Source of the DNA: Schmidtea nova
Lineage: Eukaryota
Direction: 5' to 3'
NCBI GenBank assembly: GCA_044892505.1
Contig: CM097882.1
Span: 465,620,001-465,684,000 of the forward strand
DNA: 64,000 nt
Both the position numbers and the translations under genes were made by a program. Shown one piece after another: positions 24,626-35,730 of the stretch; position 1 is the stretch's first letter; every line of letters begins with the position of its first letter. The notes beneath the pieces are model-generated. The model had not been told where the DNA came from. It saw only the letters and a list, made by a program, of their open reading frames with translations, and did not search any database.

Positions 24626-27600
24626 ACGAGGAACTCTATTGCATACATTTCGTCAATGGGGTTGTAAAGAAAGAAAATCGGAATGACAGAGCAGAAGGAA
24701 TGAGGTATGTAACATCAGATGGAAGAGAATGGAGCAAGATGATGATAAATGATGTTGAGATTGAGATGTTGTGGGATTCTGGAGCTTCGATTACAGTGAT
24801 GAATGAGGAAACGTGGAATAAATTTGGTAGTCCACGGTTAAGCAGTAGTGAAATCAAAATATGTGGAGTTTTTCCAGGAACTCAAAAACCACTGGGATGT
24901 ACAGAAGCAAATGTTTATTGGCACAATAAGATTAGGAGTATCAAAATAATTGTTATTAAAAACATTTTCCCAGGTTTTATTGGTGGGGTAGATACTTTGA
25001 AAGCATTTGGAGTGCAGTTGATGGAAATTAACAATATTGAATCCGAGACAAAAATTAGTAATTATACTGATGAGGAGAGAAGACAAAAAGCAAAAAATGA
25101 ATTGGGAAAAAATGAATTGCCAACAATTAACAAATTATTAGATGAATTCGGGTCAATATTTATGGCAGCTAGATTTGATTTAGGATTCACAAGAATCGTT
25201 GAACATGAAATTAATACATCTGGGAATCCAACAATGCAATTTCCAAGACGACAACCGATGCATCTAGAACAGAAAATTGACGATATGATAAAAGAGTTAA
25301 CAAAAGCTGGAGTTATAAGACGCTGTAAAAGTCCATGGAGCTCCCCATTAGTCGTAGTGGGGAAGAAAGACGGCTCAATAAGAATGTGCGTAGACTATCG
25401 AGAGCTGAATAAGATAACAGAAAGAGAATCTTTCCCTATGCCCAACATATCTCAATTACTCGATAACCTATCAGGATCAAAATACTTTTCTTTAGATCTT
25501 GGACAAGCATACTATCAGGTAGCATTAGCAAAAGAAGCGCAAGAGAAAACGGCTTTTAGTTCCAAAGAAGGTCAATTTTGTTTCAATCGACTTCCGTTTT
25601 GACTATCAACGGCTCCAGCAACGTTTCAGCGATTAATGCACACGATGTTAGAGGGTATATTGTTTAATGGAGCAATTGTTTATTTAGACGATATTCTTGT
25701 ATATGGCAAGGATCAGTCTGAACAGGATGAGCGATTACGAGAAGTTTTTAAAAGAATACAAAAAACAGGACTAAGAATAAATCCGGAGAAGTGCGAAATT
25801 TACAAAACAAAATTAAAATTCCTTGGTTATACCATCAGTGAAGATGGAATACAGACAAATTCAGAGAAGATCAAGTCAATTACAGAAGCTACGAAACCGC
25901 AGTGTGCTAAACAACTTCGATCATTTCTGGGTTTGACAAATTATTATAGACGATTTGTCAAAGATTATGCTAAAATAGCAGCACCCTTACATGCAGCAGC
26001 TTCAGGTTGTGATAAAACAATCAAATGGTCAGAAAATTGTGAAAACAGTTTTAGTCAGCTTAAAGAAGCCTTAACACAAGCTCCTATTCTTGATTTCCCT
26101 CGTATAGATCGGAAATTTATTTTGGATACTGATGCCAGTTTTGAGGCTATTGGAGCAGTTTTGAGTCAAATAAAAGAAGACGGTTCAGAAATAGTTATCG
26201 CATACGGTTCAAGAAATCTGACGGCCCATGAAAAGGGATACTGCGTAACCAGGAAAGAATTATTAGCGTTACATGAATATGTTTTATATTTTAGACAGTA
26301 TTTATACGGGAAAGAATTCGTGGCCCGAACAGATCACAAGGCTTTAGTATTTATGAACACAAACAAAAAAGCAATAAGTCCACAATTTCAGACATGGATG
26401 GCTAACCTATCGGAATATGATTTCCAATTGAAATACCGGAAAGGTGAAGAACATGCAAACGCAGATGGATTATCAAGGATCGGGGGTAGTTTGTGTGCAC
26501 AATGTCAGACAGCACATGTACAACATAAACAAGAAAGATCAAGGGTAAGATACATCAATTTGATACAAAAAACACATACAATGTTGGAGATTATGGAAGA
26601 ACAGAAGAAAGATAAATTGTTCCAGGACGTGATGGAAATTCTTAGGAATCAGATAGATGTTCGAAAGGAATCGTTTCAAAATAGTTTTTTATTCAGATAT
26701 AAAGATCAGTTAAAGATATCGGATGATATGCTTGTATTGGAAAAGGACAAAATAGATCTAGTGGTAATCCCAGAAAGCTATCAATCTAAATTAGTGATTA
26801 AATACATGAAGATTTATGTCATGTTGGAACTAAGAAACTGTTTCATTATTTGGAAGGGAATTTTTTCTGGCCGAAAATGCAAGAAACCGTTAAAGAGATA
26901 GTAAAACGATGTGTCACTTGTGCAAGAAGGAAAATAGACCAAGGAAAGACAAAGGAAATTTTAATTCCACACGAAAGTTCTGAATTTCTAGAACAGATTG
27001 TTATGGATGTTGCTGTCATGGAGAGAACTTCAACAGACAAAAGGTATGTTATCGTTATTATTGATAAGTTTAGCAAATTAGTAAGTCTAACGGCTACAGC
27101 AAACCAAGATGAAAAAACTATTTTGAAGACACTAATGAACAATTGGATTTACAAATATGGTAAACCTCAAAGTATATTGACGGACAGAGGGCGAAATTTT
27201 GAAAGCAAATATTTGAAGGAAAAATTAGAACAGCTGGGAATAAAGCAAGAATTCGCTACGCCGTATCAACATCAGTCGAATGGCTTGGTGGAAAGAGCTA
27301 TCAGAACAATGAGGGATTTACTTGTGACTACGATGAAAGGTGGCTGTGCTGAAAAACAGTGGCACGAACTGCTGCCTCGAATTGAATTCAGTATTAACGC
27401 AACTTATCAAAGTGCTACAAAATTTTCACCATTTGAGATAGTATATGGACGGAAAATAACATTACATGCTAATTCTAGACTCAAACATCAAATACGAGAT
27501 ATTTCAGAAGAAGCACAAACGAATAACAAGCATGCTGCTCAAAAGATGAGGAAATTCGAGGATGACAAAAGAATTAAACGACATTTTGAAGTGGGGGAGG

Positions 27601-27767
27601 AGGTACTAGTACGACGAGAACCACATAGAAGAAACAAAAATGATATTCAATATGATGGTCCATATAAAATTCTTAGATTTGTGTCAGATCACCAAGTTGA
27701 ATTGCAATATCCAAATACAACGCGACACCGAAAAATCGAATGGTTAAAGAGATGGCATCAATCTTAA
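24619..27767 (+). pseudogene. pol: pol (PR-RT-RNase H-IN) with one stop and one frameshift
   Basis: LWDSGAS, SPWSSP, CVDYRELN, RLPF*LSTAPATFQR, YLDDIL, LDTDAS, VMDVA, TDRGRNF, QSNGLVER, YDGPY. Confidence 0.93.
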
Positions 27768-27776
27768 GAAGGGGAG
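27766..27776 (+). promoter_or_regulatory. Polypurine tract
   Basis: AAGAAGGGGAG immediately before the 3' LTR. Confidence 0.85.
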
Positions 27777-27943
27777 AGTAATGATATTGCAATAAAGGCC
27801 AAAGACCAAATGTGAAGCAGTTCAGAGTATATTGCGTAATTCAATCACTGTGTTAGTTATTGCGCAATATACATAACTATTTAAGAGTGATCACTCTGTG
27901 TTTTTGGTAAATAAATCTTTAGATGGAACCGATTGTTGTAACT
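27777..27943 (+). repeat. 3' LTR
   Basis: See 5' LTR. Confidence 0.95.
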
Positions 27944-28044
27944 ATTATTATATTATTATTTAACTTGATCATATCTATGATTGTTAATTCTAAAGTTAAA
28001 TCTAAATCTAAATTTAAAATTAATACTTACGATTTTGTATATTA

Positions 28045-28845
28045 TCAGTTCTTGTATAGAACAATGTTCTTGTTAGGGTTAGTGACAGGGTTAAAGTTAG
28101 GGTTAGGGTTAGGGTGCATTTGCTCTAATTCAGCAATAATATGCTGAAGAAACTGGGATGGTTTTTTATTTCCCAAAGTTTGGGTTTTGAAATATTTGGT
28201 AAAAACTGCAGCAGTTGTTTCCTTAAAAATCTCTAGGAACACAGTTTTTAATTCCTCATAAGGTTTCTTGAAAGAATGCGAGGAAGTGCGAAGAATCACG
28301 GCTGACAACTTACTAAGTATGTTGGGCGGGATCATGGCAAAATACGACAGTATTTGTCGCGAGATAATGTAACCCCTCTGTCCTCGAGTGCGAGCTCGGT
28401 AGATATTAACCATGTCAGTGGGGAGTTATTTTCGTCTAGAAAATACTGACATAGGTAGGTGGATCTCTGTTTGGATGCTTTTGCGCTAGTGCTGCCTTTC
28501 CTTTGGTCAGCCTGGTCATTTTCCTGGTGGTCAATCTCGGAGTCTGAGGCGCCACTGAGGAGAGGAAAATAACCCTGTATCACGCTATTGTTTTTGTGAG
28601 TTGACAAGAGCTCTTGGTCTGCGAGGCGATGTCCGCTGAAGTATAATTGACAATGTGCACTAAATTGGGTGAGGTTGCGTAAAGTGTCCCTTAAATCCCT
28701 TACAGTAGAGGTAGTAGCAAGAAGGATGAGATAGTTTTTGCCCCCAACGGCAACAAAAAGAGAGAAAATGGTTTCTATTCTAAATGAGGTCCCCGAAGCG
28801 CCGATACCCCCCGTGCGGTCCCATATGGCTGGAGCAATAGATTGT
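28045..28845 (-). pseudogene. Ubiquitin-like domain fused to a gypsy gag N-terminal fragment
   Basis: Open frame 28845-28332: LFVAVGGKNYLILLATTSTVRDLRDTL..CQLYFSGHRLADQELL..YFPLLSGA, then YFLDENNSPLTW; after a frameshift MIPPNILSKL..PYEELK..KKPSQFL; homologous to 46400-47100. Confidence 0.75.
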
Positions 28846-29144
28846 CAAAAAACGGGCATGTATGAGTTACTTTTAAAAATAAAATTTTTAGAAATACTTG
28901 CATGATTTCCAACGGTTACCATTCTATTAAAAGCGACCTTTGAACTGCGATTGCTGCGAGATGAATTTTGCGATGTTTTGAGTATTTTAGTTTGTTTTGA
29001 ATTCAATTTTGATGATGATTGTTTAGAAGAACCCATGGATCGGCTGTTGCTAGATGAAGCATTGTCTGATGAATCATGTTCGTTTGATGTGACTACTGAT
29101 AGTATGACTTAAATCGTTTATGAGAGGTAATCTTTGAATAAAAT

Positions 29145-29790
29145 CCATATTTGAGTATGCATCGGCAGAGTTCGGTGATATTTTAATGAATTCTCGGTAA
29201 TGATTTAGGGCGCTCTGTAAATGGCCTTGTACTTGCAACATATTAGCCGGGTTGGAATGGGAAACGGTAAATTCTGGATAAATCTCCAATGTCTTTTTAT
29301 CAATATTCATTGCCTCTTTTTTGAGAGCTTGTTCCCGTTTAATATTGGCCAAATTGTTAAATGAATCTGCGTGGTTTGGATTCAATTTCAGAGCCATATT
29401 ATAACACTTTCAGCTTTGAACAAATTACCTTTTTCTTTCATTGCGTTGGCCAGATTGCAGAATGCGTCAGGAAAATTAGGTTGTAAGTCGATGATTTTGA
29501 GATAACTGTCAATAGCCTGGTCATAGAGACCCTGTTCGTAATAGACACAAGCAAGATTCTCGTGCAAAATAGGATTATCAGGATCCAAAGTTAATGCTTT
29601 AATGTAAGCTGCAACGGCACGATCGAATATCTTTGCTTCTTTGAAGACATGTCCAAGATTGACATGAGCATTTAAGAAATTAGGCTCGAGATTGACGGCC
29701 TTTTCCAAGTGATGAATTGCGAGCCAAATGTCACCTTGTGTTTGAAAAATGTATGCAGTTGCAAATGCCAGATGTGCATTAGGTTCATTT
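29145..29790 (-). pseudogene. OGT: O-GlcNAc transferase TPR fragment (internal TPRs), frameshifted
   Basis: [73 protein letters not shown] closely track metazoan OGT; no catalytic domain. Confidence 0.92.
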
Positions 29791-29799
29791 ACATTGTCC

Positions 29800-30110
29800 C
29801 TGAATTGGAAAGCCGGTTGATTGCTCCCGAAATTGAATCCGAACGGTTCAGCTGCCACAGGTGGCTGTTGTTGAGCACTACCGGCAAAAGTAGCACTTTA
29901 CATATTATTGGATGGGTTGCTACTGGCTCCGAATGTGAACTGAGAACTCGAAGGAGCACTGAACATATTTAATTGGCTGATGTTGTTCGTTAAAGAAAAA
30001 GGAGTTGCAATTGGATTTGACTATTGGCCGAAATTCATTGTCGAAGAGACCGGCGCTGCGAATAACCCAGATGATAATGATGCGGGTTCGTTTTCTGACA
30101 CCATTTTCGT
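29800..30110 (-). pseudogene. FG-nucleoporin-like (Nup153/Nup1-type) low-complexity fragment
   Basis: In frame: [45 protein letters not shown]; two stops. Confidence 0.65.
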
Positions 30111-31559
30111 GGTTTTATACGACGAATTGATTTGATTTCTCTTTGCCATAAAATTATTAGATAACTGTTGAGCAGTTAAATAGGCAACGTTTTGAGATAA
30201 AAGTAATGGATCATAGTTATATGAATTCATCATGACCATATTTTCTAAATACTTATTGTGCGTCAAAACATTAAAATCCGATGTCATATTAGAGCTTTGA
30301 TTTATATTGATATTTTCATTTGACTTTACATCAAGATTTCCCATCTGATCAGTAATTACATTGATACCATTTTCTACGTTACCAGCCATGTTAATAAAAT
30401 TCAAAACTAATTTGCTTAATAATTTATATTTTTTAAAAAAAAACTAAATTCTAATTTACAAAATATGATTATATAAACAACTGGTTTATATCAAAATAAA
30501 AAGTTGATCACAATAAATGTTTTTTTTTAAACTATAGTCTTTTACTCATTTCTTTTCTTTTCAATACTGTTTTTAGCTACTGAAACAAAAAATAATAAAA
30601 TTAGAAAATAATTGAACATTTATTCGATTTAATAGTGGTTGCTTCTTTGAATAATTGTGCTTCAGAAATTGTTGTGGTGTTTATTGGAAGTTGCTGCTTG
30701 AATTATCGTTCTTCAGAAATTGATGTTGCGTTTACTGAATTTTCTTTTCTTGCTTGATATTCAGTTTCCAAAAAGAGAGCCGTTTTTCGTGATTTAAACA
30801 AAAACTTTTTATAATTCTTTATATATGATTTTATCTTATATATATATTATGATATTTAATTTAATTTACTTTATATATAAATATTTATAATATGAATATG
30901 ACGGAGTCACTACACTCTTCATTCTTTTTTTCAGTTATTTTTTGCTATGCTAGCAATGGCCAAATACTAGTTTTTAGAAATTTGAGTAAATTTGAGAAAA
31001 GAAAATATACTATCCATTCGGAGTTATTTAAAACTGCTTCACAATTTGAACATTGAGAAGGCTTTTCGTTGCAATCAGTATTGATTAAAGTATCCAATTC
31101 ATCTACAGACTTGATTATCAGTTCTTCATAATCTATATCGCTATTATGAGCAATTTCCAACTTTTTCCACACATTCCGACATGCCCGCAGGACAAAATAA
31201 AAACTCCACCATATATAGCAAACTTTTATTGATTTTTTATAACTATTGTCATTATTTTAATCAATCACCTAATATTTACCGTATTATTTTGTTAAAAATC
31301 GATTGTAAAACAAATTGTAAAACAACTAAAGATTTTACTATAATTTATGTGTCAGTAAACTTCCTTAATTTACTATAACAAGTAAGTTTTGGCTAACTGA
31401 TATTCAAATAAGCAATGACCATATTATTTACTTAAATCATCATATAATATACTAAACATGTGTGTTTTCACTAAAATAAAATCATCCATATTAACACATA
31501 AAATAAAAGAAATAGTATTTACGACCCCACCCGCTAAACTTTCACAAGAAACATGCGAT

Positions 31560-31970
31560 TTATACATATTAAATAATTGCGATGACTTGGTTCTGTTAGA
31601 ATAACATTAATTTTCTACATGAGAAATATTTTTACAAAAGAACCTTGTTTTACATAGAAAAATTATTCTATACAAGAACTGATAATATACAAAATTGTAA
31701 GTATTAATTTTAATTTTAGATTTAGATTTAACTTTAGAATTAACAATCATANNNNNNNNNNNNNNNNNNNNNNNNNNNNNNNNNNNNNNNNNNNNNNNNN
31801 NNNNNNNNNNNNNNNNNNNNNNNNNNNNNNNNNNNNNNNNNNNNNNNNNNNNNNNNNNNNNNNNNNNNNNNNNNNNNNNNNNNNNNNNNNNNNNNNNNNN
31901 NNNNNNNNNNNNNNNNNNNNNNTAATAATAGTAATAAAAATAATATTAAAAGAGAAATATATCAATATTA

Positions 31971-32014
<44 letters not shown>

Positions 32015-32275
32015 TTTCATAATGATTAATAATTTTTCATAATTTTCATAATAATAATAATTTTCATAATTCTCATAATGACTATAGATCAAAATTTTTT
32101 TTTATAAACAATAACACAATATTTCGGCACAGCCTTTATAAAGGTTGATAAAGGCTGTGCCGAAATATTGTGTTATTGTTTATAAAAAAAAAATTTTGAT
32201 CTATAGTCATTATGAGAATTATTGATAATAATAATAAAAATAAAAAAAGATCAAAGGTGAAAAAAGATAATTATG

Positions 32276-32326
<51 letters not shown>

Positions 32327-32680
32327 GTAATAGTAAAAATAGTATTAAAAGAGAAATATATCAATATTAGTAATAATAGTTAAGAAAATAATAATAATAA
32401 TATCAATAATAATACTTTGCAAAATAGTAATAATAGTAAAAAATAGTATTAAAAAAGAAATATATCAATATTATTATTATAAATAATAATACTAATAATA
32501 ATACTCAGAAAAATAGTAATAATAATAGTAGTAATAAGAAATATATAAATATTAGTAATAATAATAATAATAATAATAATAGTAATAATACTTAAGAAAA
32601 GAAGATCAATATTTCTTTTAAAAATATTAATTATAGTAGAAATATAATAATATTAATAGTAGATTAGTAATTAAGACAAA
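31560..32680 (+). repeat. AAT-rich composite repeat copy with central palindrome (32066-32222)
   Basis: Arms about 32066-32139 and 32148-32222; right arm TTGATAA-A-GGC-TGT-GCC-GAAA-TATT-GTG. Confidence 0.85.
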
Positions 32681-32689
32681 TTAATAGTC

Positions 32690-33387
32690 TATGCAGTCAA
32701 TCGAATGTAAGTAAGATTTTTAAACGAACGAATATAACGAGGAAGCGACTTTAACGAAAATCTATAAAAACTGTAAGTGCGGAAGTTATCAACGCAAGAA
32801 AAATTTATGCCAGAGAAATGATAATGATTATTAATTCGAGATTATTGTTTTTGGATGAAAGTGGATTTAATTTCCATACTACCAACAACTATGGATATTC
32901 GCCGAAGAACATTGATGCAATCAAGCTCGTACCAGCAAACAGAGACAGAAACATTTCACTTATTACAATTGTGTCACATAGTGGAATCTTAAAATACAAA
33001 TCGTTGGATGGTGCATTTAACAGTGTTGAGTTGATCGCATTCCTTGCCGAAGCAAAAAGCTCAGGAGTGTGTTTTCCCAATTGTGTATTAGTATTGGACA
33101 ATGTCAAATTTCATCATTCTCCTGGCGTAATAAAATGGCTGAATGAGAACGAGGTCGATTACAAGTTTCTTCCCCCTTATAGTCCCGAACTCAATCCTAT
33201 AGAGGAAGTATTTTCTGTAATTAAGGCGAGATATCATACTCTGAGGCCCCTACCTCGTAATTCCAACGACGTGAAATTTAATATTGCGAATGTTATTGAA
33301 AATATGAACGGTGATAATACTTTGATCTTTGAACACTTTTATGAAGATATGCGCAGATATCTTGACTTGTCGTTCCGCGGAGAGTAG
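32690..33387 (+). pseudogene. IS630/Tc1-like DD34E transposase, 5' truncated
   Basis: LFLDESGF, LVLDNVKFHH, FLPPYSPELNPIEEVFS with 34 residues between D2 and E; upstream in-frame VSKIFKRTNITRKRL* contains a stop. Confidence 0.92.
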
Positions 33388-33459
33388 TTTTGAAGCAATA
33401 TTATGGAAATAAACCCATATTGAAAATAAGTTATATGTAGTAGTTCAAATTTTTGGTTA

Positions 33460-33620
33460 GTGTAAAATTCTATATATATTCTGGAATTTTTTATATATAT
33501 TCTGGAATATTTTATATATATTTTGGAATAAATTATATGTTTTGGAATAATTTATATATGTTTTGGAATACTATATATATATTTCGGAACAATTTATATA
33601 TATTTTGGAATAACCCTGTA
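33460..33620. repeat. About 23-bp minisatellite (tatatatattctggaat-like)
   Basis: 6-7 diverged units. Confidence 0.75.
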
Positions 33621-33719
33621 ATAATAATAATAATTTTAGCTGCTGAAATAAGATAGAATAAGGCTATAACATAGTTAAACATTTTATTATTATTCAAATG
33701 TAATTGTCGATTGATTATG

Positions 33720-33890
33720 TCTTCTTTTAAATGATTGAGTGATTATTTCTTCCTTTAGATATTGAGTGTTGTTTCTTCTTTTAGATGATTGAGTGTTTAT
33801 TTCTTCTTTTATATGATTGAGTGTTTATTTCTTCTTTCAGATGATTGAGTGTTTATTTCTTCTTTCAGATGATTGAGTATTTATTTCTTG
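33720..33890. repeat. 28-bp minisatellite (atgattgagtgtttatttcttctttcag)
   Basis: About 6 units. Confidence 0.85.
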
Positions 33891-33979
33891 CTTCCTTTAT
33901 TTTTGAATCCAGCTAAAAAGAATGTTTTTTGGCGATTTAAACAATTTTGTTTTTTTATAAATAAATCAATATTTGATTT

Positions 33980-34089
33980 TAATATATAAATATAAAGATA
34001 TAATATTTAATTAAATTACTGAATATAAAAATATTGTACTTATATATAAATAACGGAGGCACTACAATAATAATAATACTTTGTAAAAG

Positions 34090-34157
<68 letters not shown>

Positions 34158-35216
34158 AGAAAACAGTAATAANNNNNNNNNNNNNNNNNNNNNNNNNNNN
34201 NNNNNNNNNNNNNNNNNNNNNNNNNNNNNNNNNNNNNNNNNNNNNNNNNNNNNNNNNNNNNNNNNNNNNNNNNNNNNNNNNNNNNNNNNNNNNNNNNNNN
34301 NNNNNNNNNNNNNNNNNNAAAGGTCTAACATAACAAAAGTTCAAAACATCACAAGTGCAATAAAACCAATAATAAAGATATAAACCTACAATACTTTCAT
34401 ATAAAATGTAAAATCTTTTCAGCAAATCGAGTCCAATTAAAGATTCAGTTAAAATGAAACCAGTTAAGAACGATACCGAATCAATTCAAAACAAATTTGA
34501 TTTACGACCTTTTTAGATGTTTCACGATTACCAAATGTTTTTCTTGGTAAATGAAATCTTTTTCAAGGTCCCAAATCCGGTAAAGCTGTCGACTTCGCAA
34601 TATTCAAATTTAATTGGCCAGCTTTATAAAGATGTTGTTGCAATCAATAAAGTGTTGATGAAAATCAACTAGAAATTATCTTGCGGTGAAACGATATATA
34701 TCAACAACAAGAAAACTTACTTCCATGACGCATTTCAATCCCTTGAGTTTATGGACAATGAAAATTGGTTTATTAATATATCGATTCAAGGATATAAATT
34801 AGAAGAAGCAGTGTCTCCGATTTGGAAAATCAATAGCGCTAGAATCGCTTAATATATTTTTAATGTATTTTTAATAAATGATGTAATCAATTCTTGAGTT
34901 TTTGAAAATTTTTGAATTTTTGAAAAAGTTTTAGTTTTAAAAGTTTGACCTTAAAAATTATGAATTTGACCTTAATGTGACCTCATTATTTGGCCTCACA
35001 TTGACCTTAAGTTGACCTCATTATTTGTACTTAAATTGACCTTAAAATTAAAAAATAATTTTTTATGACTCATCGCTTGTGTGTGTAAAAAAAATTTTAA
35101 GGGTGGGGGGGTTCGCAAAAAAAAGTACTTCTCCGGGGGTCTACTTGATTTTTATTGGCTATGACTCATCGATTACGTACCATGTCTTTGTCCCAGAGTG
35201 CACACATCTGTCTACT
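33980..35216 (+). repeat. Composite repeat family copy (inverse of 21258-23319)
   Basis: High identity to the reverse complement of 21258-22137; TGACCT array at 34940-35045. Confidence 0.88.
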
Positions 35217-35238
35217 GACAAATCGAGATACAAGTGTT

Positions 35239-35730
35239 TTACAGAATTTTGCAACATGAAAAATTTGATTTGAGGATGGTATGTTGCTTCGATTTAGAAA
35301 GGCAGTCAAGAGCCGCACAAAAACAGCCATCTTCAGAATTTTGCAAATTTTTAAAACATTTTAAAATGTCAGTTTTATCGACTCGACTAAGATTATCACC
35401 CAAAATCATCAAACAAACTAAATACGAATAATTCATCGTTACATGACCAGACATGTAAATCTGGTTTGTGAGATGACAATTACTCGGGAAAAATCCACCT
35501 CGAAATCCCTCTAAACGGCCAGATTGATAATCTAATATTTGCTGCTCATAAATCCAGTCAACTATTTCATTTTTATCTGATTGCGAGATATCATCAATAC
35601 GATTTAACAAATCGAGACCAGATAGAGCAAATTGTAAAATGATAACTCTTGATGTATCATATGATTCAAAAACCGTTGGAATATAACTGACAAACTTTTT
35701 AAAGTACTTGGAAATTAAATCTTGATTCAT
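35239..35730 (-). pseudogene. PGGT1B: Geranylgeranyltransferase type I beta subunit, N-terminal fragment
   Basis: YDTSRVIILQFALSGLDLL, IVDWIY..Q, GFRG, SGHVTMNYSYLVCLMILGDNLSRVDK, LQNSEDGCFCA; homology stops at about 35300. Confidence 0.88.

Larger units (their letters stand above)
23466..24667 (+). pseudogene. gag: gag (one frameshift), two CCHC zinc knuckles
   Basis: ORFs 23466-23804 and 23705-24667 join at an A-run near 23750; CFCCGEYGHRRYEC and CLICGKGGHNFRDC. Confidence 0.9.
23320..27943 (+). mobile_element. Full-length Ty3/gypsy LTR retrotransposon
   Basis: 167-bp LTRs differing at one base, AGT...ACT termini, PBS, PPT, gag-PR-RT-RH-IN order, ATTAT on both flanks (possible TSD in low-complexity DNA). 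Confidence 0.97.

Noticed and set aside
33460-33890. Regular repeats that might suggest a CRISPR array
   Set aside because: Head-to-tail minisatellites without unique spacers, in eukaryotic context.
35240-35300. Plus-strand FDLRMVCC resembling the PGGT1B DMRFVYC motif (possible micro-inversion)
   Set aside because: Too short to separate from chance.
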